Positions 8,552 to 15,981 of a stretch of 64,000 nt of DNA are shown piece after piece. The notes under the pieces are model-generated. The model was not told the origin of the DNA. It saw nothing but the letters and a program-made list of their open reading frames with translations, and made no database searches. Source of the DNA: Planctomycetota bacterium (GTDB taxonomy: Bacteria > Planctomycetota > Planctomycetia > Pirellulales > PNKZ01). The stretch is taken from NCBI GenBank assembly GCA_018242585.1, contig JAFEBQ010000012.1, forward strand, positions 148,563-212,562, written 5' to 3'. Made by a program: the position numbers and the translations under genes. Position 1 is the stretch's first letter, and every line of letters begins with the position of its first letter.

Positions 8552-9250
8552 ATGTTCAACTTGCTGCACCGGTTTCTGATTATCGCATTGATCGTGTTGT
8601 CACAAAGCCAGGCGGTTCGGGCGGAAGACAAGGCCGCTCCCGAAGTGGCGCCGCGCGCAGAAACGAGCGAAACGATTGAGCTATTCAACGGGCGTGACCT
8701 GAAGGGCTGGGTCGGCCACGAGAAGTATTGGTCGGTCCAGGGCGGCGTGATCGTGGGTAAGAACACCGACCCGATTGCCGTCAGCACCTACCTGCTCACC
8801 GAGCGCAAGTTCACCGACTTCCGACTGGTGTTCGACTTCAAATTGGTCGAGTCGGAAATGCACTCCGGCATTTCGCTGTGGGGACGCGTGGCGCCCGAAC
8901 GGGGCGATCCGTACACCTATGCGGGGCATCTGGTGATGTTCCCGTCGGGCTATGGCTTTTGGGATTTGTACGGCCGCTCGATGATTCACAAGAACGCCGA
9001 AGTGGCCAAGCCGTTGGGCAAACAGCACGACTGGAACCACATGGAGATTCTGGCCCAGGGCAACCGGATTCGCTTTGCGCTGAACGGCAAGCTGGTTTCT
9101 GACTGGCGCGAGCCCGAGCCTGACCGGATCAAGGAAGCGCCGATTGGTTTGCAGCTTCACTCGAACAAAGTGCCGCAAGAAGTGCAGTTCAAGAACCTGA
9201 CGCTCGAGACGTTCCCGGCGGACAAGCTGCTGACCGTTGAAGGAAAATAG
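8552..9250 (+). CDS. Secreted DUF1080 (3-keto-disaccharide hydrolase-like, concanavalin-fold) protein
   Basis: Signal peptide MFNLLHRFLIIALIVLSQSQAVRA. It also has the DUF1080 opening LFNGRDLKGWVGHEKYWSVQGGVIVG and the closing IGLQLHSNKVPQEVQFKNLTL. Confidence 0.85.
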   Translation: MFNLLHRFLIIALIVLSQSQAVRAEDKAAPEVAPRAETSETIELFNGRDLKGWVGHEKYWSVQGGVIVGKNTDPIAVSTYLLTERKFTDFRLVFDFKLVESEMHSGISLWGRVAPERGDPYTYAGHLVMFPSGYGFWDLYGRSMIHKNAEVAKPLGKQHDWNHMEILAQGNRIRFALNGKLVSDWREPEPDRIKEAPIGLQLHSNKVPQEVQFKNLTLETFPADKLLTVEGK

Positions 9251-9311
9251 AGCGCTCTTCAAATTTCGTTGTAGTCGTCGATCTAGTGATCGATGTCAGG
9301 AAGTGAGTATT

Positions 9312-9491
9312 CTTTTCCGTAGCCCAGGCGTTCACGCCTGGGATTGCCGCGCCGAAAAATGCCGGTAGCCCGGTTCACCGGGCTTTCACGTACCCCAGCG
9401 GTGCGGTCACCGATAAGCCCCGTAGAACGGGGCTGAAATGCTGAAAACTCTTGCGTTCGCCCCAGGCGTAAACGCCTGGGCTACGGAAAAG
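9312..9491. repeat. 180-bp MITE/BIME-like unit bounded by 31-nt terminal inverted repeats
   Basis: The left end 9312-9342 is cttttccgtagcccaggcgttcacgcctggg. The reverse complement of 9461-9491 is cttttccgtagcccaggcgtttacgcctggg (30/31 identical). Each end is itself a hairpin, and the core holds two more hairpins (cccggttcaccggg, ccccgtagaacgggg). Confidence 0.6.
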
Positions 9492-9619
9492 TGTCAGCGT
9501 CATATCGTCACTCACACGTGTCACTGCACAGATGGCATCGATGGATAGATCGACCGGAAATGTGCCAATCTCGGCCGTTATTCCCGTGCAGGCCAGAACC
9601 CAGTTGGATCGTCGCACGC

Positions 9620-9924
9620 CTAGATTCCCGCCTGCGCGGGAATGACGGAACCTGGGCTAGTGCGCGTCTCACCACGTTATCGTGTCTGAGGTGGCACCGA
9701 TGGCTTGGCCATCGGTGTTGCGCAGCAACAAGAAACTCGATGGGCACGCGCAACCCAAATGGAAACTCGCCACCGGCTCGGGCCGGCGCTCGAGGTTTCT
9801 TGTGGCCTTCGGCCACCCAGGTGCAAGCACCTGGGCCACCCACGCAGGCCGTCATTCCCGCGCAGGCGGGAATCTAGTGGTTGCGGTTACCCTCTAGATT
9901 CCCGCCTGCGCGGGAATGACGGAA
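9620..9924. repeat. Three copies of a 29-nt palindromic REP-like unit ctagattcccgcctgcgcgggaatgacgg
   Basis: The 29-nt unit sits at 9620-9648 (plus orientation), 9849-9877 (inverted) and 9894-9922 (plus orientation). The plus-orientation copies continue with 'aa' (to 9650 and 9924). All three are identical over 29 nt and share the internal hairpin attcccgc/gcgggaat. Confidence 0.7.
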
Positions 9925-9941
9925 GAAAGATGGGCTCCGGG

Positions 9942-9980
9942 CAACTGACAACCAACCACGGACAACGGACAACTGACCAA
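9942..9980. repeat. Half-copy of the GGACAACTGACAA / TTGTCAGTTGTCC repeat family
   Basis: caactgacaaccaaccacggacaacggacaactgaccaa lies directly after the stop of the TPR gene. It is related to the hairpin arms at 47922-47998 and 57042-57120 and to aactgacaacc at 3688-3698. Confidence 0.5.
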
Positions 9981-9981
9981 G

Positions 9982-10605
9982 TCACTTGGCGACCGTATTC
10001 GTCGCGGGCGTCAAATAGTACTTGGCGTTCGCGTTGTTCGGGTCGAGCGTCAGAATGCGCTCGGCAAAGGCCCGCACGTCGTTCTGGTTCGACGCCACGC
10101 TGACGAACATCTGCTCGGTCAGGATGGCGATGTCGGTGGGGTAATACTCCAGCAGTTGCGTGTTCAATTCCCGCGCCTGGCGGAATTTGCCCTGCATCCG
10201 CAGGGTGTACGTCAGCCGCACGCGGGCCGTGTAGTTGCTCGGGTCGATGGCCAGGATGGCGCGGACCGCCATTTCGGTCTCGTCGTACTTGCCCAGCGCC
10301 AGCGTCGGCAAGGTGAAGCCCAGCCGCGGCTCGATGGCCTTGGGCGAGATGCGCATCGCGTTCTGGTAATGACGCCGGGCTTCCTGGTAATCGGCGGCCT
10401 GGTACTTAAGCCAGCCGCGCCGCACCTCGGCCAGGTAAGTGGGTTTCTTGCCGTCGACGCCGTTCAAAACATCGAATGCCTTGGCATAGTCGCCGGCCCG
10501 TTCCGCCTCGTATGACTCCGAGAACGCGGCCATTTCCTTTTCCGACGCCCAGGCCGGCGCGACGGCCAGCAACGTGAGCGCCAGGGTCAGCAGCGTGGCT
10601 TTCAT
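9982..10605 (-). CDS. Secreted TPR-repeat protein (last gene of the PqqD/ATP-grasp operon)
   Basis: I moved the start to the in-frame ATG at 10605, which gives the signal peptide MKATLLTLALTLLAVAPAWA. TPR-like repeats include DYAKAFDVLNG, DYQEARRHYQNAMRISP and KFRQARELNTQLLEYYP. Confidence 0.75.
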   Translation of the reverse strand: MKATLLTLALTLLAVAPAWASEKEMAAFSESYEAERAGDYAKAFDVLNGVDGKKPTYLAEVRRGWLKYQAADYQEARRHYQNAMRISPKAIEPRLGFTLPTLALGKYDETEMAVRAILAIDPSNYTARVRLTYTLRMQGKFRQARELNTQLLEYYPTDIAILTEQMFVSVASNQNDVRAFAERILTLDPNNANAKYYLTPATNTVAK

Positions 10606-10639
10606 CGGTGGTTTCCTTGCGAGTGGTTGACGCATTGGA

Positions 10640-12889
10640 TTATTCGGTGGCGATGGCCGATTCGTCGTGGGCCGAGTCGGCGACTGACACGACGTTGCCA
10701 GTGTCACGGCTCGCAGCGGGGCGGCTGCTCGGCTGAGCCGATCGGCTGACAACGTCGGTGTCATCGACAGGGCTTTCCTCGGTGAGCGTGTCGGCGGTGC
10801 GGACCAGTTCCAGCCCGCCGGTTTCAATCCACATCAAGCCGTCTAACTCGTCGACTTCGGCCGTGGCTTTCTGGGCGATACCCCACATGGCCGACGTGGC
10901 GACGGTTTCGATCACCCCTTCGGCCACGTAACGGTGCGAAGTGTGGGCCAGTGCCGCGCCGCCGAAGAATGGCGCGACCAGGTGGGCCAACGCCCGCCGC
11001 CAGCCCGAGGCGACCAGCCCAATGGGCACGACGTCGTTCCATTGCCAGCGCCCGGCGCGGACCAACGGCAAGCTTGGCAGTGCGCGATACATGGCCGCCA
11101 GCCAGCGGTCCGATCCATCGAGCCGGTAGCAGTAGAACGTCCCGTTGTGCTTGCCAAAGTACAACCGCCCGCCGGCCGATGACTCGAAGTACAGCGTCCC
11201 GTCGACGGCCATTTTGACAGCCAATTCCAGCTTGCCCGCTGGACGATCGTGCTCGAACAGATCGAAACAGAGCGTCTGGTTCAGCAGGTAGTCGGTCGCC
11301 GCGTCCAACGTCGGCAGCACGGCGGCCGGCTCGACACGCTCGCCGCATTGCGGCCGGGCGTCGGCAAAGAACGTCTGCTCGGTGGCGTAACGGACGAAGC
11401 TGAATGGGACCGTCGGGCTCCCGAGCGGCTCGGCCAGTTGCACGTGAATATGCAAGTGCGGCTGCGGCGAGTAGCCCGAGTTGCCGCACAGGCCGAGCAG
11501 ATGCCCCGGCTCGACCCGATCGCCGACGCGGACCTTGATCGACTGATAGGCAAAGTGGGACAGCTCGACGTAGAAACCGCGATCGTCCAGGAGCAGCACA
11601 TAGTTGCCCCAGTTGTGCGTCTTGTTGACCCGATTGATCGGATTGTCGGGCAGGTCGTCAACCACGGCCACCACTCGGGCGCGACACGGCGAGAGGACCG
11701 GCTTGCGGAAGCAGTAGTAGTCCTTTAGCTCGGTTCCGTCATCGGCGTGGGTGTTCCCCTCGTGATCGGTGATGACAAAGTCGAAAGCGTGCTGCCAGGG
11801 GCCCTTGTGCGTCCAGGGGCCGTCGCAACCTTGCCAGACGCTCCACGCGCCATGGAACGGCAACGCCAGTCCGCGGCCGGCATGGTCGAACCGCGCGCGA
11901 CGGACCAGGTCGTTTTCCAAGGTTTCTTCCGGCGTCGCGCCAAAGTAGCGCGTCATTCCCTGGTACTGGCAGATTGTCAAGGCATAGACCACGCCCAGCG
12001 TCACCAGATTGAACGGCAGCGTATAGAACGGCACGGCAAAGGCGTAGCTAAAGACTTGCACCGCGTCGACCAGCACCATCGACACCGCCACGCCGACGGC
12101 AGCGATCAGAAACGACGACCAGCTTGGGACCAGGAATACGCCGCCGAGGGCCATCGCCACGAGCATGAAGTTGAAGTTCATCATGTCGCCGGCCGCTTGC
12201 TCGTACGAACCTACCAGCGAGCCGCGCAAGAGTACGCCGAACGCATAGCCCCCCACGGCCAGGAAGAACAAAATGCGCGAGCGCACCCAGAGGATGAGGC
12301 TGAAGACCATGCCGATCGGGACGCTGGGGACAAAGAAAATGCAGCCCAGTGTTTTGAAGAACGCCGGGATCAACAGGGGCAGTCCGAAATCACCCGCCAG
12401 GTACGGCGCCACGGCCCGGGGTTCGACCGGCAAGCTCGAATAATGGAGCGCCGCCACATGGGCCACGGCGCCGGCCAGCACGAACGGCAGCGTCAGCACC
12501 GGCAGGCTGAAATAATAGCGCAGCACGTGTACCGCCGCGGCGGTCAGCATGAACGTCATCATGCCAGCAATGGCGATCAGCACCGCCGTCAGCGGCGTGA
12601 GCGACAGCTTGGCCCCCAGCGACAAGCCGACGAGCAACGGGTTGTAAGTGTAAAAGCCGGATTCGAGCAGCCGGCTTCCCATGCCCACCAGCCGGGCGAA
12701 CAAGCAAGCCGCCGCCACGGCGATCAACCCGCACACGCCGACGTTCCAGTTCAGCAACGTCCCGACCAGCAGCACCAGCCCGACGGTCGCGCGGCTGAGG
12801 AAGAAGACTTCGGCATAAGCGCGGACCAGCCCGCTGGCCAAGCGCCAGAGACGAACGAACGGCTCGGTAGCAAGCGAAACGAGAGGCAT
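10640..12889 (-). CDS. Fusion protein: urea-transporter (UT) family channel domain, M23 (LytM-type) metallopeptidase domain, and an uncharacterised C-terminal domain of about 250 aa
   Basis: The first ~330 aa are polytopic with UT-like blocks (AEVFFLSRATVGLVLLVG, ESGFYTYNPLLVGLSLG). The M23 block is NWGNYVLLLDDRGFYVELSHFAYQSIKVRVGDRVEPGHLLGLCGNSGYSPQPHLHIHVQ. I do not recognise the C-terminal domain. Confidence 0.75.
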   Translation of the reverse strand: MPLVSLATEPFVRLWRLASGLVRAYAEVFFLSRATVGLVLLVGTLLNWNVGVCGLIAVAAACLFARLVGMGSRLLESGFYTYNPLLVGLSLGAKLSLTPLTAVLIAIAGMMTFMLTAAAVHVLRYYFSLPVLTLPFVLAGAVAHVAALHYSSLPVEPRAVAPYLAGDFGLPLLIPAFFKTLGCIFFVPSVPIGMVFSLILWVRSRILFFLAVGGYAFGVLLRGSLVGSYEQAAGDMMNFNFMLVAMALGGVFLVPSWSSFLIAAVGVAVSMVLVDAVQVFSYAFAVPFYTLPFNLVTLGVVYALTICQYQGMTRYFGATPEETLENDLVRRARFDHAGRGLALPFHGAWSVWQGCDGPWTHKGPWQHAFDFVITDHEGNTHADDGTELKDYYCFRKPVLSPCRARVVAVVDDLPDNPINRVNKTHNWGNYVLLLDDRGFYVELSHFAYQSIKVRVGDRVEPGHLLGLCGNSGYSPQPHLHIHVQLAEPLGSPTVPFSFVRYATEQTFFADARPQCGERVEPAAVLPTLDAATDYLLNQTLCFDLFEHDRPAGKLELAVKMAVDGTLYFESSAGGRLYFGKHNGTFYCYRLDGSDRWLAAMYRALPSLPLVRAGRWQWNDVVPIGLVASGWRRALAHLVAPFFGGAALAHTSHRYVAEGVIETVATSAMWGIAQKATAEVDELDGLMWIETGGLELVRTADTLTEESPVDDTDVVSRSAQPSSRPAASRDTGNVVSVADSAHDESAIATE

Positions 12890-12919
12890 GGCGAACGATC
12901 ACCGCAAGGAGAACAGTTT

Positions 12920-14302
12920 TCAGACGGCCCGCAATTGACGCGATGGCGACAGCTCGGGCGTTAATCGCTCGGGCAGCAGCTCGCGCCGCTCGATGTCGGA
13001 CAAATCTTCGTGATGGCGGATCAACTCGACATCGCCATTTTCCATGACCATCACCACGTTGGGGCGATACTCGATGAACTGCAACCACTGGGTGTTGTTG
13101 TAGGCGCCGACTGGCGAGAAGACGAGCCGGTGGCCGCGGTCCAGCGGGGGCAGGCTGATCCCTTCGTCGATGGCGTCGATGTTCATGCACATGGGGCCGT
13201 AGACGACGCTGGTTTCCTGGGGGCCGGAAACTTCGCGATCGACCTCGACGTGGAACTTGTACCAGAACGACGTGAAGAGCAGATTGATTCCGGCGTCGGC
13301 CACATAGGCGCGCGTGCCGTCGGCCAACCGCTTCGAGGCCTGGATCGTCGTGACCAGGTAGCCCGCCTCGTCGACCAGCGTGCGGCCGGCTTCGACGATC
13401 AACCGCGGTCGGTGCCCCGGAGCCAGCGAATTGGCCAGCGCGTCGCAGACCTGCTCGGCATAGTCGTCGATCGAGGGGACCGACACATCCGGAGCCAGGT
13501 ACGTCCCCTTCAGCTTGCTCCGCGAGGGGAAGCCGCCGCCGATGTCGAGATATTCAAGTTCGAAGCCGAACAGGTCACGTACCTCGTAACCAAAGCGGAC
13601 CATCTTCTCGACCTGGCGCGCGTAGGCCGTTTCGTCCATCACGAACGTGCCTAGATGACAGTGCAGGCCATTGAGCCGCAGGCGGCCGCTGCGCGCGATG
13701 CGCTTGACGGCATCCATCGCCTGGCCCGATTCCAGATTGAAGCCAAACCGGGACCATTGCGGATAGATGCCGACGTCCATGTTCAGCCGAATGCCCACCG
13801 AAATCGTCCGTCCCAGCCGCGTGGCAATGCGATCGAGATCGTCGATCTCGTCCAGGTGGTCGACGTTGATCGTGGCCCGTTCGGCCACGGCGCGCATTAA
13901 TACATCGGCCGGCTTGTAAGGGCCGTTGAAGATGATCTGCTCGCCTGGCACGCCGAGTGCCTTGGCCTTTTCGTACTCCATCTTCGAGACGATCTCGGCG
14001 TGGGCCCCTTCCTGGTGCATCAGGCCGCAGATCGCCTTAAGGTAGTTCGTCTTGTACGACCAGCCGAAGGTGACGTTCGGATAGCGGGTAGTGAAGGCGC
14101 TGTGCAATTGACGGTAGCGGCGGCGCAAGGCCCGTTCGCTGTAGACGAACAGCGGGGAGCCGTACTTTTCGACCAGCTCGGAGATCGCCACCCCTTCGAT
14201 CGCTTTGCGCACGCGCTGGTTGCTGCGGCGCTGGGTGCCGAACTTGTTCATCAGCCGGCTTTGCAGCTTCATGATGAACGGTTTTTCGTACGTGGCTTTC
14301 AT
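12920..14302 (-). CDS. PLP-dependent decarboxylase, alanine-racemase fold (diaminopimelate/ornithine/arginine decarboxylase family)
   Basis: Family motifs are SYKTNY (PLP-lysine region), HCHLG, DIGGGF, EAGRTLV and GPMCMNID. I moved the start to ATG 14302, so the protein begins MKATYEKPF. That start overlaps the upstream stop by 4 nt (ATGA). Confidence 0.85.
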   Translation of the reverse strand: MKATYEKPFIMKLQSRLMNKFGTQRRSNQRVRKAIEGVAISELVEKYGSPLFVYSERALRRRYRQLHSAFTTRYPNVTFGWSYKTNYLKAICGLMHQEGAHAEIVSKMEYEKAKALGVPGEQIIFNGPYKPADVLMRAVAERATINVDHLDEIDDLDRIATRLGRTISVGIRLNMDVGIYPQWSRFGFNLESGQAMDAVKRIARSGRLRLNGLHCHLGTFVMDETAYARQVEKMVRFGYEVRDLFGFELEYLDIGGGFPSRSKLKGTYLAPDVSVPSIDDYAEQVCDALANSLAPGHRPRLIVEAGRTLVDEAGYLVTTIQASKRLADGTRAYVADAGINLLFTSFWYKFHVEVDREVSGPQETSVVYGPMCMNIDAIDEGISLPPLDRGHRLVFSPVGAYNNTQWLQFIEYRPNVVMVMENGDVELIRHHEDLSDIERRELLPERLTPELSPSRQLRAV

Positions 14303-15345
14303 AGGGAACCTCCGCGCATCATCAGGCTTTGCAACCGCTGCATATCGGTGACCATTTCGTAGGTGTAACGCATGAACAACTGGCCCGCTTCGTAGTCGGG
14401 CAACTCGGCCACGGGCATGCCGCTGGCGTGGCGGATCATCCGACCGGGCAAGTTGATCCCCACGCCGGTGGCAAAGTACGACCAGGCCGGAAAGCGAGGA
14501 TTGATTTCGATCAGGTACAACTCGTCGTCCGACGGATCGAGCATACATTCCAGCTCGAACGGCCCGCGCCAATTCAGCGCCGCGACCAACCGTTCGGCGG
14601 CTTGCTGCAGCGCGGCATTCTTCAAGGTGACCGCCGACCAGACTTTGCCTAGCGACGTGAGCGAAACCTTTTTCATCGCCACCGAGCCGAGCAGACCGCC
14701 GCGTCCGTCGCCGACGCCGACCAGGTTCACCTCTTCGCCGGTGATCACCTGTTGCACAATGACCGGGTAGCCCCACTCGGCGGCGATAGCGCGGAACTTG
14801 GCCACGGCCTCGAGCGCGGTGTACGCCCGGAACGCCTGGTAATAGGCCCCTTTGACCATCACCGGATAGCCGATCTTTTCGCAGGCCTCGTACAACATCT
14901 CTTCGCTCGACACGACAGCCGTCTTGGGAACGGCCATATCAATGCGGGCGGCGATCTCGGGCAACTTGTCCTTGCCGCGCAGACGGAACTGCGACATGGT
15001 CGGCAAGAAGGTTTGAATGCCGTTCCGCGCCAGCTCGTCGGCGTACTTGATGTAAAGGGGCAGTTCCACGTCGAGATTTGGAATCACCCAGTCGAGCCCT
15101 TCGCCGGCTTGGATTTCGAGCAACCGATCGAGGAACTCGCGTCCCTCGGTCGAAGGGTAGGGAAGCGTGAACGAGCGGTCGAACAGCCAGTCCATGTAAA
15201 TGCCGGGCTCGAGCGCGTCGTACGCCAGCCCGATCAGCTCGACGTTCAGCTCGCGATCTTCTTTCAGGCTGCGGGCGATGCCGGTCCCTGGCCCCGGGTT
15301 GTCGGCGGCGTTGATGCCCGAGACGCCGATTCGCAACGTGCGCAT
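14299..15345 (-). CDS. ATP-grasp family ligase (substrates unknown)
   Basis: 348 aa. ATP-grasp core blocks are GYPVMVKG, GYPVIVQQVITGEE and LYLIEINPRFPAW (Mg/ATP site). Confidence 0.8.
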   Translation of the reverse strand: MRTLRIGVSGINAADNPGPGTGIARSLKEDRELNVELIGLAYDALEPGIYMDWLFDRSFTLPYPSTEGREFLDRLLEIQAGEGLDWVIPNLDVELPLYIKYADELARNGIQTFLPTMSQFRLRGKDKLPEIAARIDMAVPKTAVVSSEEMLYEACEKIGYPVMVKGAYYQAFRAYTALEAVAKFRAIAAEWGYPVIVQQVITGEEVNLVGVGDGRGGLLGSVAMKKVSLTSLGKVWSAVTLKNAALQQAAERLVAALNWRGPFELECMLDPSDDELYLIEINPRFPAWSYFATGVGINLPGRMIRHASGMPVAELPDYEAGQLFMRYTYEMVTDMQRLQSLMMRGGSL

Positions 15346-15371
15346 GATGCGGACCTTTACAACGGGTGTGT

Positions 15372-15617
15372 TTACAGCAGGTGGAGCGAACGGAGCCGGA
15401 CCATCAGGTCGGCGACGTCGCGGGTGGCTTCGGTCTCGGAAACTTCAAACCGGGTGGTCAGCGCGGCCACGGCGTCGGCTTCGTCGCCGCCGTCGCGCAG
15501 CGATTCGAGGACCGCGACCGCCACCGGGTTGGCGACAAAGCTGTCCCCCGAAGTCGGGTCAAACAGGAACCCATCGGGGTTGATCGTCAGATGCGAAAGT
15601 CGCGTCGGGTTGCTCAT
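15372..15617 (-). CDS. PqqD-family (RiPP-recognition-element-like) small protein
   Basis: 81 aa. The pattern FLFDPTSGDSFVANPVAVAVLESLRDGGDEADAVAALTTRFEVSETEATRDVADLMVRLRSLHLL matches the PqqD beta-strand plus winged-helix layout. AGGAA lies about 9 nt upstream of the ATG. Confidence 0.75.
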   Translation of the reverse strand: MSNPTRLSHLTINPDGFLFDPTSGDSFVANPVAVAVLESLRDGGDEADAVAALTTRFEVSETEATRDVADLMVRLRSLHLL

Positions 15618-15673
15618 GGTTCAGTTCCTGGTTCTGTCGCCATTTATCCACCCGGGGTGCCAACGGGCATTCA

Positions 15674-15724
15674 CCAAGCCGGCGACTCCGTCGCCACTTT
15701 TCGGCGGCATAGCCGCCGGCTTGG
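15674..15724. repeat. 51-nt structured palindromic element, copy B, in the leader/divergent promoter region of the PqqD operon
   Basis: Sequence ccaagccggcgactccgtcgccacttttcggcggcatagccgccggcttgg. It has the same architecture as 6767-6817 and lies 57 nt upstream of the PqqD-like start. Confidence 0.65.
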
Positions 15725-15981
15725 AAGAAAAGTTGGGGATGAACCCGGCGCAACCCCTCAGGGTGGGAAACGGGGGTGGCCGCCGGTTGTCTACTGGCGG
15801 GGCAGACTTTTCCGGCCAGGATGGCGGAACTTAAAGAATTGGGGTCATTCGTCCGGTTTTGGTCGGTCGCCCGAGGTCCGTTGGGCGGACTCTTGACCGG
15901 CCCCCAGTGGTGTGGTCAGATTCTCGCTCCGCACACGTTTTCCTGCCCCACATCGCCCGTCTTACATAGGTTCAACTGCTG

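Noticed and set aside
9620-9924. Identical 29-nt repeats, considered as a possible mini-CRISPR array
   Set aside because: There are only three copies and one is inverted. The spacings are unequal (about 200 and 17 nt), each unit is a strong palindrome of REP type, and no cas genes are present in the window.
9491-10103. Track ORFs 9491..9877, 9508..9855, 9682..9897 and 9705..10103
   Set aside because: They are translations of the palindromic repeat nest (SFPRRRES / IPAQAGI-type peptides) and are open on both strands because of the repeat symmetry.
11747-13190. Long ORFs 11747..12964 (+, 405 aa) and 12390..13190 (-, 266 aa) across the UT::M23 / decarboxylase junction
   Set aside because: They are out of frame with or antisense to genes that have strong motif support. 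Their composition is His/Arg/Gln-rich or Arg/Pro/Ala-rich, and the second would bridge two real genes across their intergenic spacer.
12920-14776. Full-length track ORF (618 aa) for the decarboxylase, and similar N-terminally extended ORFs (9982..10827, 25798.., 26444.., 27824..28876, 42699..43907, 45065..47242, 49730..51028)
   Set aside because: The extensions are Arg/Gly-rich, overlap the upstream gene or intergenic DNA, and precede an internal ATG. That internal ATG gives a signal peptide, a Shine-Dalgarno sequence or an ATGA overlap, so I used the shorter starts.
15674-15724. Idea that the two-hairpin element is a guanidine-II (mini-ykkC) riboswitch, given the urea-transporter-like gene downstream
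   Set aside because: mini-ykkC hairpins carry conserved ACGR tetraloops. These hairpins have 3-nt loops (TCT/TCC and AAA/ATA, or their complements) and an enclosing outer stem.
15559-15953. Candidate precursor-peptide ORFs for the PqqD operon: 15559..15753 (64 aa, TTG start) and a hand-found 40-aa ORF at 15831..15953
   Set aside because: The first overlaps the PqqD-like start region out of frame and is Arg-rich. The second would need a promoter inside the divergent MFS gene and has no Shine-Dalgarno sequence. Neither has a leader/core-like composition. They are kept only as items to test.
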